This document shows positions 35,744 through 45,762 of a DNA stretch of 64,000 nt, in pieces. The first letter of the stretch is position 1; each line of letters starts with the position of its first letter. The notes beneath the pieces are model-generated. The model saw only the letters and a list, made by a program, of their open reading frames with translations, was not told the origin of the DNA and made no database searches. The stretch covers positions 32,001 through 96,000 of IMG/VR virus record IMGVR_UViG_3300045988_140928, one strand, 5' to 3'. The position numbers and the translations under genes are program-made. This DNA comes from a virus.

Positions 35744-36437
35744 TAATTCTCTCCTCTGCTAACTTAAAATAATCTGGATCTTTTTCAATTCCAATAAAAT
35801 TACGATTTAGGTTCTTACAAGCAACTCCAGTCGAACCGGAACCCATTACGTTATCTAATACAGTCATACCCTCATTAGTATATGTTTTAATTAGATACTC
35901 TAATAGATCAACTGGTTTTTGGGTAGGATGCACTGTCTTTGCTAATTTATTAAAATGAATAGCGTTAACTGGATAACGAGTACCTTTATTATCTGTAACC
36001 CAACCGGTTTTATAAGAACCCCAATTACTACTCTTAGTATCATTTTTAGCTTTATATGGCTTTCCCTTAAGCATTTGTGGATTATAAAGAGGAAGCCTAG
36101 GGTAAAAAATAGAAATAGTTTCAACAGCTTTTAATGGCATTTTCTTAGCATTAAGAAAACCAGAACCTCGATTTTTAATCCAATACCAATCATAACGATA
36201 CCATTTAGGATTAGATAATCTTAAACTAGATGAAAAAGGTTCGTCACCAAACAAGGCAACCACCCCACCCGCTTTTAGTAAACGTTTATACTGTTTCCAA
36301 AGCTGGTCCATTGGAATAATATGATCCCACTCATTACGAGTCGTCTCAAAAGGTAAATCAGCTAAAACCATATCTACACTATGGTCTGGTAAAGTCGGTA
36401 AAATTTTTAAACAATCATTATTATACAACTTAATCAA
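35727..36437 (-). CDS. beta-class N4/N6 DNA methyltransferase (ParB-less, N6_N4_Mtase type)
   Basis: VDMVLADLPFE sits in the DPPY position. TQKPVDLLEYLI. VLDNVMGSGSTGVACKNLNRNFIGIEKDPDYF. Confidence 0.75.
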   Translation of the reverse strand: MIKLYNNDCLKILPTLPDHSVDMVLADLPFETTRNEWDHIIPMDQLWKQYKRLLKAGGVVALFGDEPFSSSLRLSNPKWYRYDWYWIKNRGSGFLNAKKMPLKAVETISIFYPRLPLYNPQMLKGKPYKAKNDTKSSNWGSYKTGWVTDNKGTRYPVNAIHFNKLAKTVHPTQKPVDLLEYLIKTYTNEGMTVLDNVMGSGSTGVACKNLNRNFIGIEKDPDYFKLAEERINGNMG

Positions 36438-36503
36438 CTAAAATAACCACCTAACCTAAGATTTATTCCTAGTTTAAGTGGTTTTTCTGATTAATTAAAA
36501 ATT

Positions 36504-37085
36504 TTATAGAGGAGTAGCTAAATCTCCTACCTCTAATTTTAGTCCTTTATATACTGCCTTATTTCCTGCTGTAGATCCTTGCTCACCACAATAGATTAAA
36601 AATTTATAAGGACCTTTGGATAAATTTGTAGGATCACCATTAATTTCAATAGTAACAGCAAGATCATTTCCATATACAGAGGTTGAAGTACCAAAATTAA
36701 TACTTAGATTATCATTAAATATTCCTACAACAAAACGATTAGTTATACCATTATCTACTAATAGATTAGCCTCTTTAATACTAACAGTAAATCTATCGCC
36801 ATTCCTTAAAGTCTTAACATCAATATAATACTGATTAAAACACCAATTATTATAATTTCCAGTTTCCTTAGTACCGTCAACTAAATACTCATCTGGAGGA
36901 TCCTTAACAATGTTAGGATTCTTAATCAAAGATAAATGTTTTTGTAAGCCTATCATATCAAACAAGGATAATTGATTTTCAACCTTAGTTAAATCACGAT
37001 ACCCGTCTGCTAATGTTTTTAATTGACTAGAAACAGTTGTTAACTTAGATTTTAATTCGTCATTATTATAATGATATTCAGTCAT
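36504..37085 (-). CDS. fibre/receptor-binding accessory protein with CBM-like module
   Basis: N-terminus LKTLADGYRDLTKVENQLSLFDM (shared motif). C-terminus YKGLKLEVGDLATPL. Confidence 0.5.
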   Translation of the reverse strand: MTEYHYNNDELKSKLTTVSSQLKTLADGYRDLTKVENQLSLFDMIGLQKHLSLIKNPNIVKDPPDEYLVDGTKETGNYNNWCFNQYYIDVKTLRNGDRFTVSIKEANLLVDNGITNRFVVGIFNDNLSINFGTSTSVYGNDLAVTIEINGDPTNLSKGPYKFLIYCGEQGSTAGNKAVYKGLKLEVGDLATPL

Positions 37086-37220
37086 AATAAAAACTCCTTA
37101 TACTTTTTTATTCAGTATAAAGAGTTTGTTTTTTTTTTCTTTTTGTATAGCAAAAGGTAACTACTGTAATAGCTACCTCAAAAGAAAAACACCATACATA
37201 AGTTTGACCTACTTGCTATT

Positions 37221-37248
37221 ATAATAGCATAATTATTTAATAAGTCAA
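37221..37248 (-). promoter_or_regulatory. sigma-70-type promoter (TTGACT-16 nt-TGcTATTAT)
   Basis: Minus strand, just after the stop at 37252. It precedes a leader of about 130 nt whose last hairpin contains the AAGGAG SD of gene 36504..37085. Confidence 0.55.
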
Positions 37249-37251
37249 TAA

Positions 37252-37674
37252 TTAAGCTTCATTAGCTTTATAATTAAGCTTATTTTGTTCCTTAAATTGA
37301 TCTGATACCATTTTATCAATATCTTTAGAGGATAAATCAATTAAATCGTCTTGATCCACTCGTTTCTTATTTTCGTCCTGTGGATCTTTATAAACAGGGA
37401 TAGAGTCATTAAAAATATCACTCATACCAGCAGGGGCTTGTGGAGCACCTGTTTGAGTATCATCTCCAGCAGATGTTTGTTGTAATAATGTATAAACAGA
37501 AGCCAAGTCCTTTAAGTCTTTAACATCAAGTTCAGAAGTTCCACTCATTGCCTGATCTAAAAGCTTCTTAGAAACCAGCTCAATAGTCTGTTTAATATTA
37601 TCAGTTGCTTGTTCTTTATCAGCCGTCTCTCCTGCTGAAATCATTTGACGAATTGAATCTGTTAAACCAGACAA
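37252..37674 (-). CDS. acidic hypothetical protein
   Basis: 140-aa ORF. Confidence 0.45.
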   Translation of the reverse strand: MSGLTDSIRQMISAGETADKEQATDNIKQTIELVSKKLLDQAMSGTSELDVKDLKDLASVYTLLQQTSAGDDTQTGAPQAPAGMSDIFNDSIPVYKDPQDENKKRVDQDDLIDLSSKDIDKMVSDQFKEQNKLNYKANEA

Positions 37675-37675
37675 G

Positions 37676-37942
37676 TTATTTCACTTCCTTTCTTAAATAA
37701 CGGTAACAGCTATGAGGACTATAGCAAACAGAACCAGAGAAAAAAGTCCCATTTACATAATAATGAATATGTTTAACAGAGGTAACAAACTCACCTGTTT
37801 TAAATACATAGGACGTAAGAGGACGACCACAAACAGCACAATAACGAGTTTCTGTATTATGTGATTTACGTTTAAATATTCTCTTACGATCTACATGCTT
37901 AAATAATTTCTTACGCTTAATAAGAATATCGTCATAAGTCAT
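37676..37942 (-). CDS. small basic Cys-rich protein
   Basis: Start MTYDDILIKRKK with AGGTGA SD. Contains CAVCG...C. Confidence 0.45.
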   Translation of the reverse strand: MTYDDILIKRKKLFKHVDRKRIFKRKSHNTETRYCAVCGRPLTSYVFKTGEFVTSVKHIHYYVNGTFFSGSVCYSPHSCYRYLRKEVK

Positions 37943-38136
37943 TCTTATCACCTGTAATGTAATATAGGGAATTAAACCTATACAAACAAAAAGATACAAA
38001 AGTGTAAAAGAAAAGCCCTAGCTCACAAATAGCATGAGTAGGACTTAGACTAGCCTTTAATGTACTTTGCAGGGATTTGTACTTACCCCTCGCAGTAGAT
38101 CCCGTAGGATTACTACCACTCTTATAATAGATTATA

Positions 38137-39192
38137 TCACAAATTACCAATCTTAGTAAGTCTCAAATTTCTAATTTGTAAAGTATAGGGATAGAATTTA
38201 CCATCATAAATATACTTTTTTTCAGTTCTTATAATCCAACTAGTACCTTTACCCAATGTTGTGTCATCTGGATCATATTTTATATCTTGAGTATATAAAG
38301 TCCAATTCTTATGGAGATAAAAAGTATTACGACTATCCTGATACCCAGAAGAACGATCATTCCAAGCAAACCAAAATGACTGTAAATAATCACTTGTCCG
38401 CTCTACATTAGAACGATACCAAAAAGATAAGCGATAAACACCTCTTGTAATAGACGTATCAATATTAGAATGGATTGCATCTACATAGGAGTCTGCTGTA
38501 TCACCAACCGCATCTTTAGATACAGTATAATCAGCATTATTATATCCTTGACCCCAAACAGAAACCCACGAACACCATGGAACATTATTCGTTATACCTA
38601 GAGCATAATTAGTAACATCAAGTATAGGGTTACGAACTATTTTAAAATTAGTTATCTTAACACTATCAACAGAAGCTTGAACATAGAAATTACTCGATAG
38701 TACCTCACCAAACTGCACCTTATCAATAGTGTAACTTTCAACCTGATGTTCTTTGCCACTTTCTTTATTCATATAAGTCCAGCAATCAATGTAATTATAA
38801 TTACTATTGGTAACACCATTAACATTTAATTCATATCCAATACGATCCTTACTAGAATTAATATCACTAGTAGGTTTAAAACCAGACCACTCAATATCAT
38901 AACTAATAGTAATCGTACTACGACCCTTCATAAAAAGTGAATTCAGTAGATCTGTATTCTGTTTAGCCGTTCTTGAACTAAATAAAGGAGTGGGCTTGCC
39001 AGAACTCATTAATAACATATCATCACTAGTATTACTAGGAAAACTAAACCCAGTAGTATCTAACTCAATAATATTTTTAGGGACAAGATCATTAATTAGG
39101 ATATTCATTTGATTAAACGTTAATTGATCTGTTATACCATAAGCATTTCTAAAACCATCTCCAAGAGAATTAAAAGTATCTTTTACAGTCAT
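38137..39192 (-). CDS. fibre-module protein (shared N-terminal motif)
   Basis: MTVKDTFNSLGDGFRNAYGITDQLTFNQMNILINDL aligns with the N-termini of 39790 and 42998. Confidence 0.55.
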   Translation of the reverse strand: MTVKDTFNSLGDGFRNAYGITDQLTFNQMNILINDLVPKNIIELDTTGFSFPSNTSDDMLLMSSGKPTPLFSSRTAKQNTDLLNSLFMKGRSTITISYDIEWSGFKPTSDINSSKDRIGYELNVNGVTNSNYNYIDCWTYMNKESGKEHQVESYTIDKVQFGEVLSSNFYVQASVDSVKITNFKIVRNPILDVTNYALGITNNVPWCSWVSVWGQGYNNADYTVSKDAVGDTADSYVDAIHSNIDTSITRGVYRLSFWYRSNVERTSDYLQSFWFAWNDRSSGYQDSRNTFYLHKNWTLYTQDIKYDPDDTTLGKGTSWIIRTEKKYIYDGKFYPYTLQIRNLRLTKIGNL

Positions 39193-39244
39193 ATTACCAC
39201 CCTTTCAAATAGACGAAAAAGTGACAACATAGGAAAAAGATAAT

Positions 39245-39790
39245 TTATTCTCCCCCCCCCCTAACTAGGGTATTAGGAGTATAAGGTAAAGGGAAAGTAC
39301 CTAAATTTAACATAGGATTAGAATAGCGAATTATTCCTTTAGTATAAGGATTACCAGATAAGCCAAACTTAACAGTATCTTCTACACCAAGCTGAAATGT
39401 AACGCTAACTAGTCCTTTATTACCAGCCAAAATCCAATTATTTGAATAGGCTCCCCAAACGGGGCAACTAGCATTTAAAGCTTTATTAGCCCCAGATATA
39501 TCAGTCCATTCTACTCGATTAGACGTAGAATTATGGTCATTAGTTAAGTCTACATAAATAGAATAAGTATAAATACCAGCAGGTAGCTTTACATTATCAT
39601 AAAGAATAGCAGACCACTGATTATAGTCTACTGATAAATCTTTTACCTTACTAGTAGTATTAGACAAAAGATTGTAAGTTGTCAGTCCTGTAGCCATACT
39701 ACTCATATCGGCTAAGGAAAGCTTATTTTGATAACCAGAAGCAGAGCGTAAATTATTAGCTAATGTACCTAAAGTATCTTGTATACTCAT
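39245..39790 (-). CDS. fibre-module protein with CBM-like module
   Basis: MSIQDTLGTLANNLRSASGYQNKLSLADMSSM... ending in PMLNLGTFPLPYTPNTLVRGGGE. The GGG is encoded by a G10 tract. Confidence 0.55.
   Translation of the reverse strand: MSIQDTLGTLANNLRSASGYQNKLSLADMSSMATGLTTYNLLSNTTSKVKDLSVDYNQWSAILYDNVKLPAGIYTYSIYVDLTNDHNSTSNRVEWTDISGANKALNASCPVWGAYSNNWILAGNKGLVSVTFQLGVEDTVKFGLSGNPYTKGIIRYSNPMLNLGTFPLPYTPNTLVRGGGE
39252..39261 (-). repeat. G10 homopolymer (C10 on plus strand) at the 3' end of a fibre-module gene
   Basis: Counted directly. Encodes RGGG followed by E and stop. Confidence 0.9.
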
Positions 39791-39794
39791 GTTG

Positions 39795-42700
39795 TCACCT
39801 CCTTACATTGTTGTAAAGAAACGACAGCATAAGCAAACAATATAAAACTAAGGAGTTTATACCCCCCCCAAGCGTAATATCATCTAATTGAATTAAACTT
39901 GGGGAAGCAAAGTCAGCGTCAAGTTTACCATTTAACCCAAACGCAAAACTAACAGTTTTATCATTATAAAAACTATCAGTCTTAAAGGTATAAGTAAACT
40001 TAGTCCAATCTTTTGATTTAAGGGTAAACCACTGATACCAAGATTGTGTATTTGTACTCATAGACCACCCACGTAAAAAGATGGTTCCACCGTTACCAGT
40101 ATAATCTTGAGGTAAACGGGCATAAATAGACGCTTGATAAGTACCTTTTTGATAATTTACAGGGCGTTGACTAAAATCTCGATTACCTTGAATATTACCA
40201 CGCATTCTAAAGTAATTACCAACACCCAAAGAAGAATTACCAGTATCAAATGAAACACTTCCAGTCCCATTACCGCCAGAAGCTACAACCCAACGAGTAT
40301 CAGTAAAATCTTCATTCTTAGTAACAACAAAGACATCTGTAGAAGAAGGAGAAACGTGATTTAGAACGTTACGTCCAAGTCTCCTCCCCCCCTCAGTCCA
40401 AAAGGTAGGTTTATGACCTATTTCTAACTTCGGTAAGTAAATATAAGAAACTGTAGGTACATAGTCATTATTAATCTGAGTACCAAACAATCTAACAGAA
40501 TTCATTCCTTTATTACTATTATTTCTAAGAGTTATAGATTTACGTTTAGCTGATTCCAAAGGGGTTTCATCTGTAGATCTCGTACCAGATTGAATTTTAC
40601 ATCTAGTAATCTTAAAATAAGTACCACTATTAAATATTTTAAATACTTGATCATATCCACTCATATCAAATAGTCTAACTTTATAATCTTTCTTATTATT
40701 TAATTTATAGGTAGAAATAATCTTATAGTGCACTGCATCCAATTTAATTATTGTAGCAGGTTGTGTGTCATGACCATCACCTAAAGTAAACCAAGTAATA
40801 TTCATTGAGGAGTCAAGGTCTACATTACAGTCTGTCTCAACCCAAATCGTTTGAGTATATGATTTATCTGCACTTAAAAGAGCATACATAACTTTTGAAG
40901 TATTTGTATCTTGTGTTACCAACTCACCATTATTATATGTAGTAGGCAAACTAAGATAAGCACTATTTGTATTATCTTTCCACTCGGTACTAGGTGTTCC
41001 ATACCCAAACGTAAATGGGATATTAGAATCAGCAGTATCAACAAGCGTGTCAGAAACACTTATATCCAACATACTCGTATCACCATTATTTAATATTTCA
41101 CCATCAGCTCTAACTACGTTAGGTAAGAAAGAACCACCACTAGCATTTCTTAAATACCAATTCATACGAACTGGAGTAGTCAAATTATAGCTATAAGTAT
41201 AACGAGTACCCCTTAATAATAAATCTGTATCTTGATAAGCTTCTTGCCAAGCACCAGTCAATCTAATAGAATTATGTTCTTTACCATTGATAATACTTAC
41301 ACCAGAGTGGTTAGTATCTCCACCACCATCTAAAGTCCAATCTTTTAAAGTTTGTGTATTATGGAGCATGTTTACCCCAGTCATATCACAAAGTTTTTCT
41401 CCAGCTTGGCTGGTGTAATAAGGCGGAACATCTTGATTAGTGGAAAGTTGCAATCCACCATATCTAATAGTAGTACTTTGTGACCCATTATTAAGACTAT
41501 TTAGTTCAACTCTAGGAGTAACATATCCGTCTTTAGATACATTAAAATGATAACCAATCCGTCTAAAATGATCCATATTAGGGTTACCCTTAATATCAAA
41601 GTAAGGATCAGTTGTAAAATCATATTTAATTACTGCTCTTTCAATTGACCCACCAATTGGATCTGGCATATAAGGAGTAGTGTTATCTAATAACAAAGCT
41701 ACCTTAGCGTCATTATCAGTTTGTACATAAGCAGAAATAGTATAATCTACACCGTTTTGTAGATAAACTGGTTGCGCTCTACCTGTACCGGTATCTGTAA
41801 AGTAGTAAGAACCAATCTTATTATTAGATCCTTGAACTTTGATACTAGAACCGGTTACAGTTCCTATTTTGGTCCAGACACTATCATCAGTCATATTATC
41901 TGTATCATAAAGTAGATTCATAACAGGGGATAATTCCCAACCAATAGATTGACCTGTATAAATCCACGAATGACAAACCCCTACGTCAAGGAAACTAGCA
42001 CTCTTTAAGTCTAAATGATATAAATTGTACATATACAAATTAACAGTTTCTTCCGCTTCCCAACAAGCAGTTAAGCGATAAGTGTTTAAAGCTATCTGTT
42101 CAACCGTTGCTTGGTAAACATGAGATTGACCATTATAGAAGAAATCAAAACCAGCTTTCTTGATCTGGCTTGCATCAGTCGTAATAATAACTTCCTGTTT
42201 TACTTTTTCACCTGCTGGAATATTCTTTAGTCTATCAGCAGAAGGATAGACTTGTAAATTATGATCTCCTGTAGATGAAAAATTAAATCTATAAGCTTGT
42301 GCACTAATATTGTAATTTATTAAATGACTTTGTCTATAAGAATTATTAGTACCTCTAGCTCCATCTAAATCACGATAACTAAAAATAGATAAAGAACGGT
42401 CTAAAACAGAAGCAGTGAAAGTACCGTTTGAAGTTGTAGAGTCTACAGAATTGGGAGTCCAAACGCCGGGTTGCCTACCTTTATAAAGACGTTCATTCTT
42501 TACTTGTACTTGTTCTCCACTTACTGCTTTACCATCTTGAGCAATAAGATAACATCTCAAAGTATCAGCAGTACCACTTCTCTGAATATAAACAGTTACA
42601 TCTTTATTACATTCACCGGGATTAACTACTACAGAATGACCATTAATTGGGTAGCCAGCATCAGAAGTACCTTGAATAGGTGTAGTACCTCTGCAATTCC

Positions 42701-42998
42701 AAACTTCAAGATCAATAGGATGAGTACCATAATTAGAAATAGTAGCAGAATATGCAAACCAATCCCCTACTTTTTCATCATGATAGGTATAATAAGGAGA
42801 ATTAGCAGTGGTTTTACCAAACCAGACGCTATCTACATATAAGGTTTGATATTGATCAGAGGTACCCGAAAGGAGGTTGTGATTTACCCAAGATAATTCA
42901 TTAACATGATCTTTCATCTCAGGAACAGTCATTTTTTCTTTATAACCAGTACGGGAGCGGATATTATCAGCTAAACCAGTCAGCTCATCATTTAGCAT
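39795..42998 (-). CDS. large multi-module receptor-binding-type protein (several CBM-like repeats)
   Basis: Probable start MLNDELTGLADNIRSRTGYKEKMTVPEM at 42998. Internal module end KLEIGHKPTFWTEGG (G7 tract at 40386-40392). Terminal ...DDITLGGG (G8) is followed by an odd 21-aa hydrophobic tail. Confidence 0.6.
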   Translation of the reverse strand: MLNDELTGLADNIRSRTGYKEKMTVPEMKDHVNELSWVNHNLLSGTSDQYQTLYVDSVWFGKTTANSPYYTYHDEKVGDWFAYSATISNYGTHPIDLEVWNCRGTTPIQGTSDAGYPINGHSVVVNPGECNKDVTVYIQRSGTADTLRCYLIAQDGKAVSGEQVQVKNERLYKGRQPGVWTPNSVDSTTSNGTFTASVLDRSLSIFSYRDLDGARGTNNSYRQSHLINYNISAQAYRFNFSSTGDHNLQVYPSADRLKNIPAGEKVKQEVIITTDASQIKKAGFDFFYNGQSHVYQATVEQIALNTYRLTACWEAEETVNLYMYNLYHLDLKSASFLDVGVCHSWIYTGQSIGWELSPVMNLLYDTDNMTDDSVWTKIGTVTGSSIKVQGSNNKIGSYYFTDTGTGRAQPVYLQNGVDYTISAYVQTDNDAKVALLLDNTTPYMPDPIGGSIERAVIKYDFTTDPYFDIKGNPNMDHFRRIGYHFNVSKDGYVTPRVELNSLNNGSQSTTIRYGGLQLSTNQDVPPYYTSQAGEKLCDMTGVNMLHNTQTLKDWTLDGGGDTNHSGVSIINGKEHNSIRLTGAWQEAYQDTDLLLRGTRYTYSYNLTTPVRMNWYLRNASGGSFLPNVVRADGEILNNGDTSMLDISVSDTLVDTADSNIPFTFGYGTPSTEWKDNTNSAYLSLPTTYNNGELVTQDTNTSKVMYALLSADKSYTQTIWVETDCNVDLDSSMNITWFTLGDGHDTQPATIIKLDAVHYKIISTYKLNNKKDYKVRLFDMSGYDQVFKIFNSGTYFKITRCKIQSGTRSTDETPLESAKRKSITLRNNSNKGMNSVRLFGTQINNDYVPTVSYIYLPKLEIGHKPTFWTEGGRRLGRNVLNHVSPSSTDVFVVTKNEDFTDTRWVVASGGNGTGSVSFDTGNSSLGVGNYFRMRGNIQGNRDFSQRPVNYQKGTYQASIYARLPQDYTGNGGTIFLRGWSMSTNTQSWYQWFTLKSKDWTKFTYTFKTDSFYNDKTVSFAFGLNGKLDADFASPSLIQLDDITLGGGINSLVLYCLLMLSFLYNNVRR
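39862..39869 (-). repeat. G8 homopolymer near the 3' end of the 1077-aa ORF
   Basis: Counted directly. With G7 the ORF would end TLGGV-stop, like its paralogues. Confidence 0.9.
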
Positions 42999-43545
42999 AA
43001 GATCCCCCCCCTTCTTCGACTGTTCCACAATAAGGAGTCATTTCAGATCCACGCTCTAATTTAGGGCCATATTGACCAATTAAAAGATTACTATATTCTG
43101 AGGTATCACACTGAAAATCAATTTCAAAACGAGGTTTAATATAACCATCATTGAGAGCTTTAAACGTATAAGAAAACCGTTGCCAATTCTTAGTGACTTG
43201 AATTTGCTTGGCATTAGACCCACTTGCATCTTGAATATGTGCTAGTTTATGAGTAACATCAAATCCAAACTCATTATCAGAATTAAGTTCAATATAAAAT
43301 CTGGATAGGGGTAAACTATCGGGTCCTGAATATTCTTTAAGGTAAATACTAAAAGTATAAGTTTCCCCAGCACTAACTTTAGCATACTGAGAATTACCAT
43401 TCCATCTTTGAACTGGGGTAGTTATCAGAACATTAAAGTCTGGAAGATCTGGATCTTGGTAAAGATATTCACCACCTACAAATAAACCTAACCAATCTCC
43501 CGTAAAATATCTAGTACCAGTCAATAAATTAGGATTAATATTCAA
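42988..43545 (-). CDS. CBM-like fibre-module protein
   Basis: 185 aa ending in GPKLERGSEMTPYCGTVEEGGGSYAK. Confidence 0.5.
   Translation of the reverse strand: MNINPNLLTGTRYFTGDWLGLFVGGEYLYQDPDLPDFNVLITTPVQRWNGNSQYAKVSAGETYTFSIYLKEYSGPDSLPLSRFYIELNSDNEFGFDVTHKLAHIQDASGSNAKQIQVTKNWQRFSYTFKALNDGYIKPRFEIDFQCDTSEYSNLLIGQYGPKLERGSEMTPYCGTVEEGGGSYAK
43004..43011 (-). repeat. G8 homopolymer in the overlap of 42988..43545 and the 1077-aa ORF
   Basis: Counted directly. Loss of one G fuses the two ORFs in frame. The tract may also serve as the SD for ATG 42998. Confidence 0.9.
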
Positions 43546-43552
43546 ACACTAC

Positions 43553-45568
43553 TCACCACTTTCCGTTTAAGATTGCGTCATTTACATACGATTTAATTTC
43601 ATTTTTATCTGCGTCAGTCCAATAATCAGTACCACGTACGGGTGTTCTACCTTGCATATTACCAATAACAGCACCTATATCAAAGGTACCACCGCCTGTA
43701 GTAGCACTATTGTCAACTTTAATTCCAGTTACCTGCGTAATCATACCGTTAGTTTGGATAACTAAGTCACCAACCTGTGGACCAAATCCTATCTTAGTAT
43801 TATAAAGATCAGACCAGTATTGACCACCTAAATTACCACCTCTGGCATACTTACTAAACCAGATACTTAAACCACGATCACCTTTTGATCCCTGAGCACC
43901 AGTAGCCCCAGTTTCACCTTTAGGACCAGCAGGACCAATTGGGCCTTGGCTACCTGTAGCACCAGTATCACCTTTATCCCCCTTAACACCTTGGGGACCT
44001 TGAGATCCAGTATCACCTTTTTCACCTTTAGGTCCTTGAGCACCAGTTGCTCCAGTTTCACCTTTATCTCCTTTAGGCCCCTGAATACCTTGAATACCAT
44101 GCAAGTCAGCGAGTAGTTCACCAATTCCATAGGTCTTAGGAGAAGCATTATTATTAATCCCAGTAATTTGATAAACTTTTCCTGATGGCATAATAACATG
44201 TTCCCCAACACGTGGAGGATTAGCAGTTGGGTGTAGATCACTCCAAAACATCGTATTTTGGTTAGGGCTTGCTTCATATGTAGAATAATAAAAATTATAA
44301 CCTAGATCTCCTCTTTCACCTTGAGGTCCTTGGTCTCCTTTATCTCCCTTTGGTCCTTGGGGTCCGGTTAAACCCTGTTTACCTTGAATACCCTGAATAC
44401 CTTGTATACCTTGTGGTCCTTGAATACCTTGTGCACCAGATAAGTCAGAAATGTAAACAAACTTACTGCCATCCCAAACATAGAGTTTAGAATTATCAGG
44501 ATCATTAACATTGCTTGCAATCATTGTAAAGTCACCGTCAGTAAATCCAGCGCCTTTACTTGCATTCATTGCAGATACAGAGTCAAAAGTCTTCTTAATA
44601 TTAAAGTTCTTACCAGCAGGACCTACAGGACCTTGTGGACCAGTAGCCCCAGTATTACCTTGAATACCTTGGGGACCTTGTAAACCAGTAGCACCACGTT
44701 CACCACGAGGACCAGCCACACCAGCTAAATTAGCTAAATAAGGACCATAATTAAAAGTACCCCCACCAGCTTCGGGGACACCACCGTAGCTAACACCAGT
44801 TACTTGAACTAAATGACCACTACTTAAAACCACTAAGTCACTAACCTGTGGTCCACGGTCAGGAGCAGATCCCTTTAAGTCAGTCCAATAAGAACCACGA
44901 TAGTTTTCACCATAATCGTGAATATCAAACCAGATGTTATAACCTCGATCACCTTTTGGTCCAGTTGGTCCAACTAAAGTCTTTTCATAATCTTTAAAAC
45001 TACCAGTAAAACCAGCGTCACGTGCTAATTCATATAAAGACTTACCAGTTTCACCTTTAGGAATATCGAAGTGCAAAACATCGTATTGATCTAAATAAAC
45101 GTTAGCATTTTTATTAGAGTCAATAGTCGATACTTTAATATCTTTAATATCAATATCATGAACATGTAAAACTCGTCGTTCAATAATCTTGCTAGTATCA
45201 GGAGGAGTAATATTAGTAGCTTCAGGAGTAAAGATACTCTTAAAAACCAGTCTATTATTACTATAAGCCAAAGTAATATACTTTGCTGTATTGCTAGGAT
45301 AATACTCCATATGGTCTGAATAACGCATACTAAGGTAAAAAGCATATGTTCCTAGCCCTAATGAAGATAACTGGCTTAGCTTAAAGTAAACACCATCATC
45401 ATTAGCATTTACTGGAATAGTTAAACGACTATTACCACTAAGATCATAGAAGTGCATATTTAATTCCACATTAAAGAATTGAAGACTCTTTTGCGAATTA
45501 GTAGGCACTAAATAAATTGTTGTATCATTGTCACTAGGAATGCTTGAAATAAAGCTTAATTTATTCAT
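43553..45568 (-). CDS. collagen-like tail fibre protein with three interspersed knob domains
   Basis: Start MNKLSFISS at 45568. Long Gly-X-Y runs ([23 protein letters not shown]...) alternate with three paralogous ~70-aa blocks ([11 protein letters not shown]..., [11 protein letters not shown]..., [11 protein letters not shown]...). Confidence 0.7.
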   Translation of the reverse strand: MNKLSFISSIPSDNDTTIYLVPTNSQKSLQFFNVELNMHFYDLSGNSRLTIPVNANDDGVYFKLSQLSSLGLGTYAFYLSMRYSDHMEYYPSNTAKYITLAYSNNRLVFKSIFTPEATNITPPDTSKIIERRVLHVHDIDIKDIKVSTIDSNKNANVYLDQYDVLHFDIPKGETGKSLYELARDAGFTGSFKDYEKTLVGPTGPKGDRGYNIWFDIHDYGENYRGSYWTDLKGSAPDRGPQVSDLVVLSSGHLVQVTGVSYGGVPEAGGGTFNYGPYLANLAGVAGPRGERGATGLQGPQGIQGNTGATGPQGPVGPAGKNFNIKKTFDSVSAMNASKGAGFTDGDFTMIASNVNDPDNSKLYVWDGSKFVYISDLSGAQGIQGPQGIQGIQGIQGKQGLTGPQGPKGDKGDQGPQGERGDLGYNFYYSTYEASPNQNTMFWSDLHPTANPPRVGEHVIMPSGKVYQITGINNNASPKTYGIGELLADLHGIQGIQGPKGDKGETGATGAQGPKGEKGDTGSQGPQGVKGDKGDTGATGSQGPIGPAGPKGETGATGAQGSKGDRGLSIWFSKYARGGNLGGQYWSDLYNTKIGFGPQVGDLVIQTNGMITQVTGIKVDNSATTGGGTFDIGAVIGNMQGRTPVRGTDYWTDADKNEIKSYVNDAILNGKW

Positions 45569-45762
45569 TAGACCTTTGCATTCCCCTTTCATATCACATA
45601 GTTTCGCTATATGTAATATAGGGGATTTAGACACAAACAAAATAAAAACCTTTCCTGAATTATAACAAGAAAGGCTGTAAACAAGATTATAAGTATAGTG
45701 ACAATTAATATCCCATATTCAACTTAATTAAAGTATAACATAATTAACTAAATTATCAATAA

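Noticed and set aside
37932-38150. 72-aa ORF overlapping the start of 37676..37999 and the end of 38137..39192.
   Set aside because: It overlaps two better ORFs and has no SD. The real start of the 37676 gene is probably ATG 37942.
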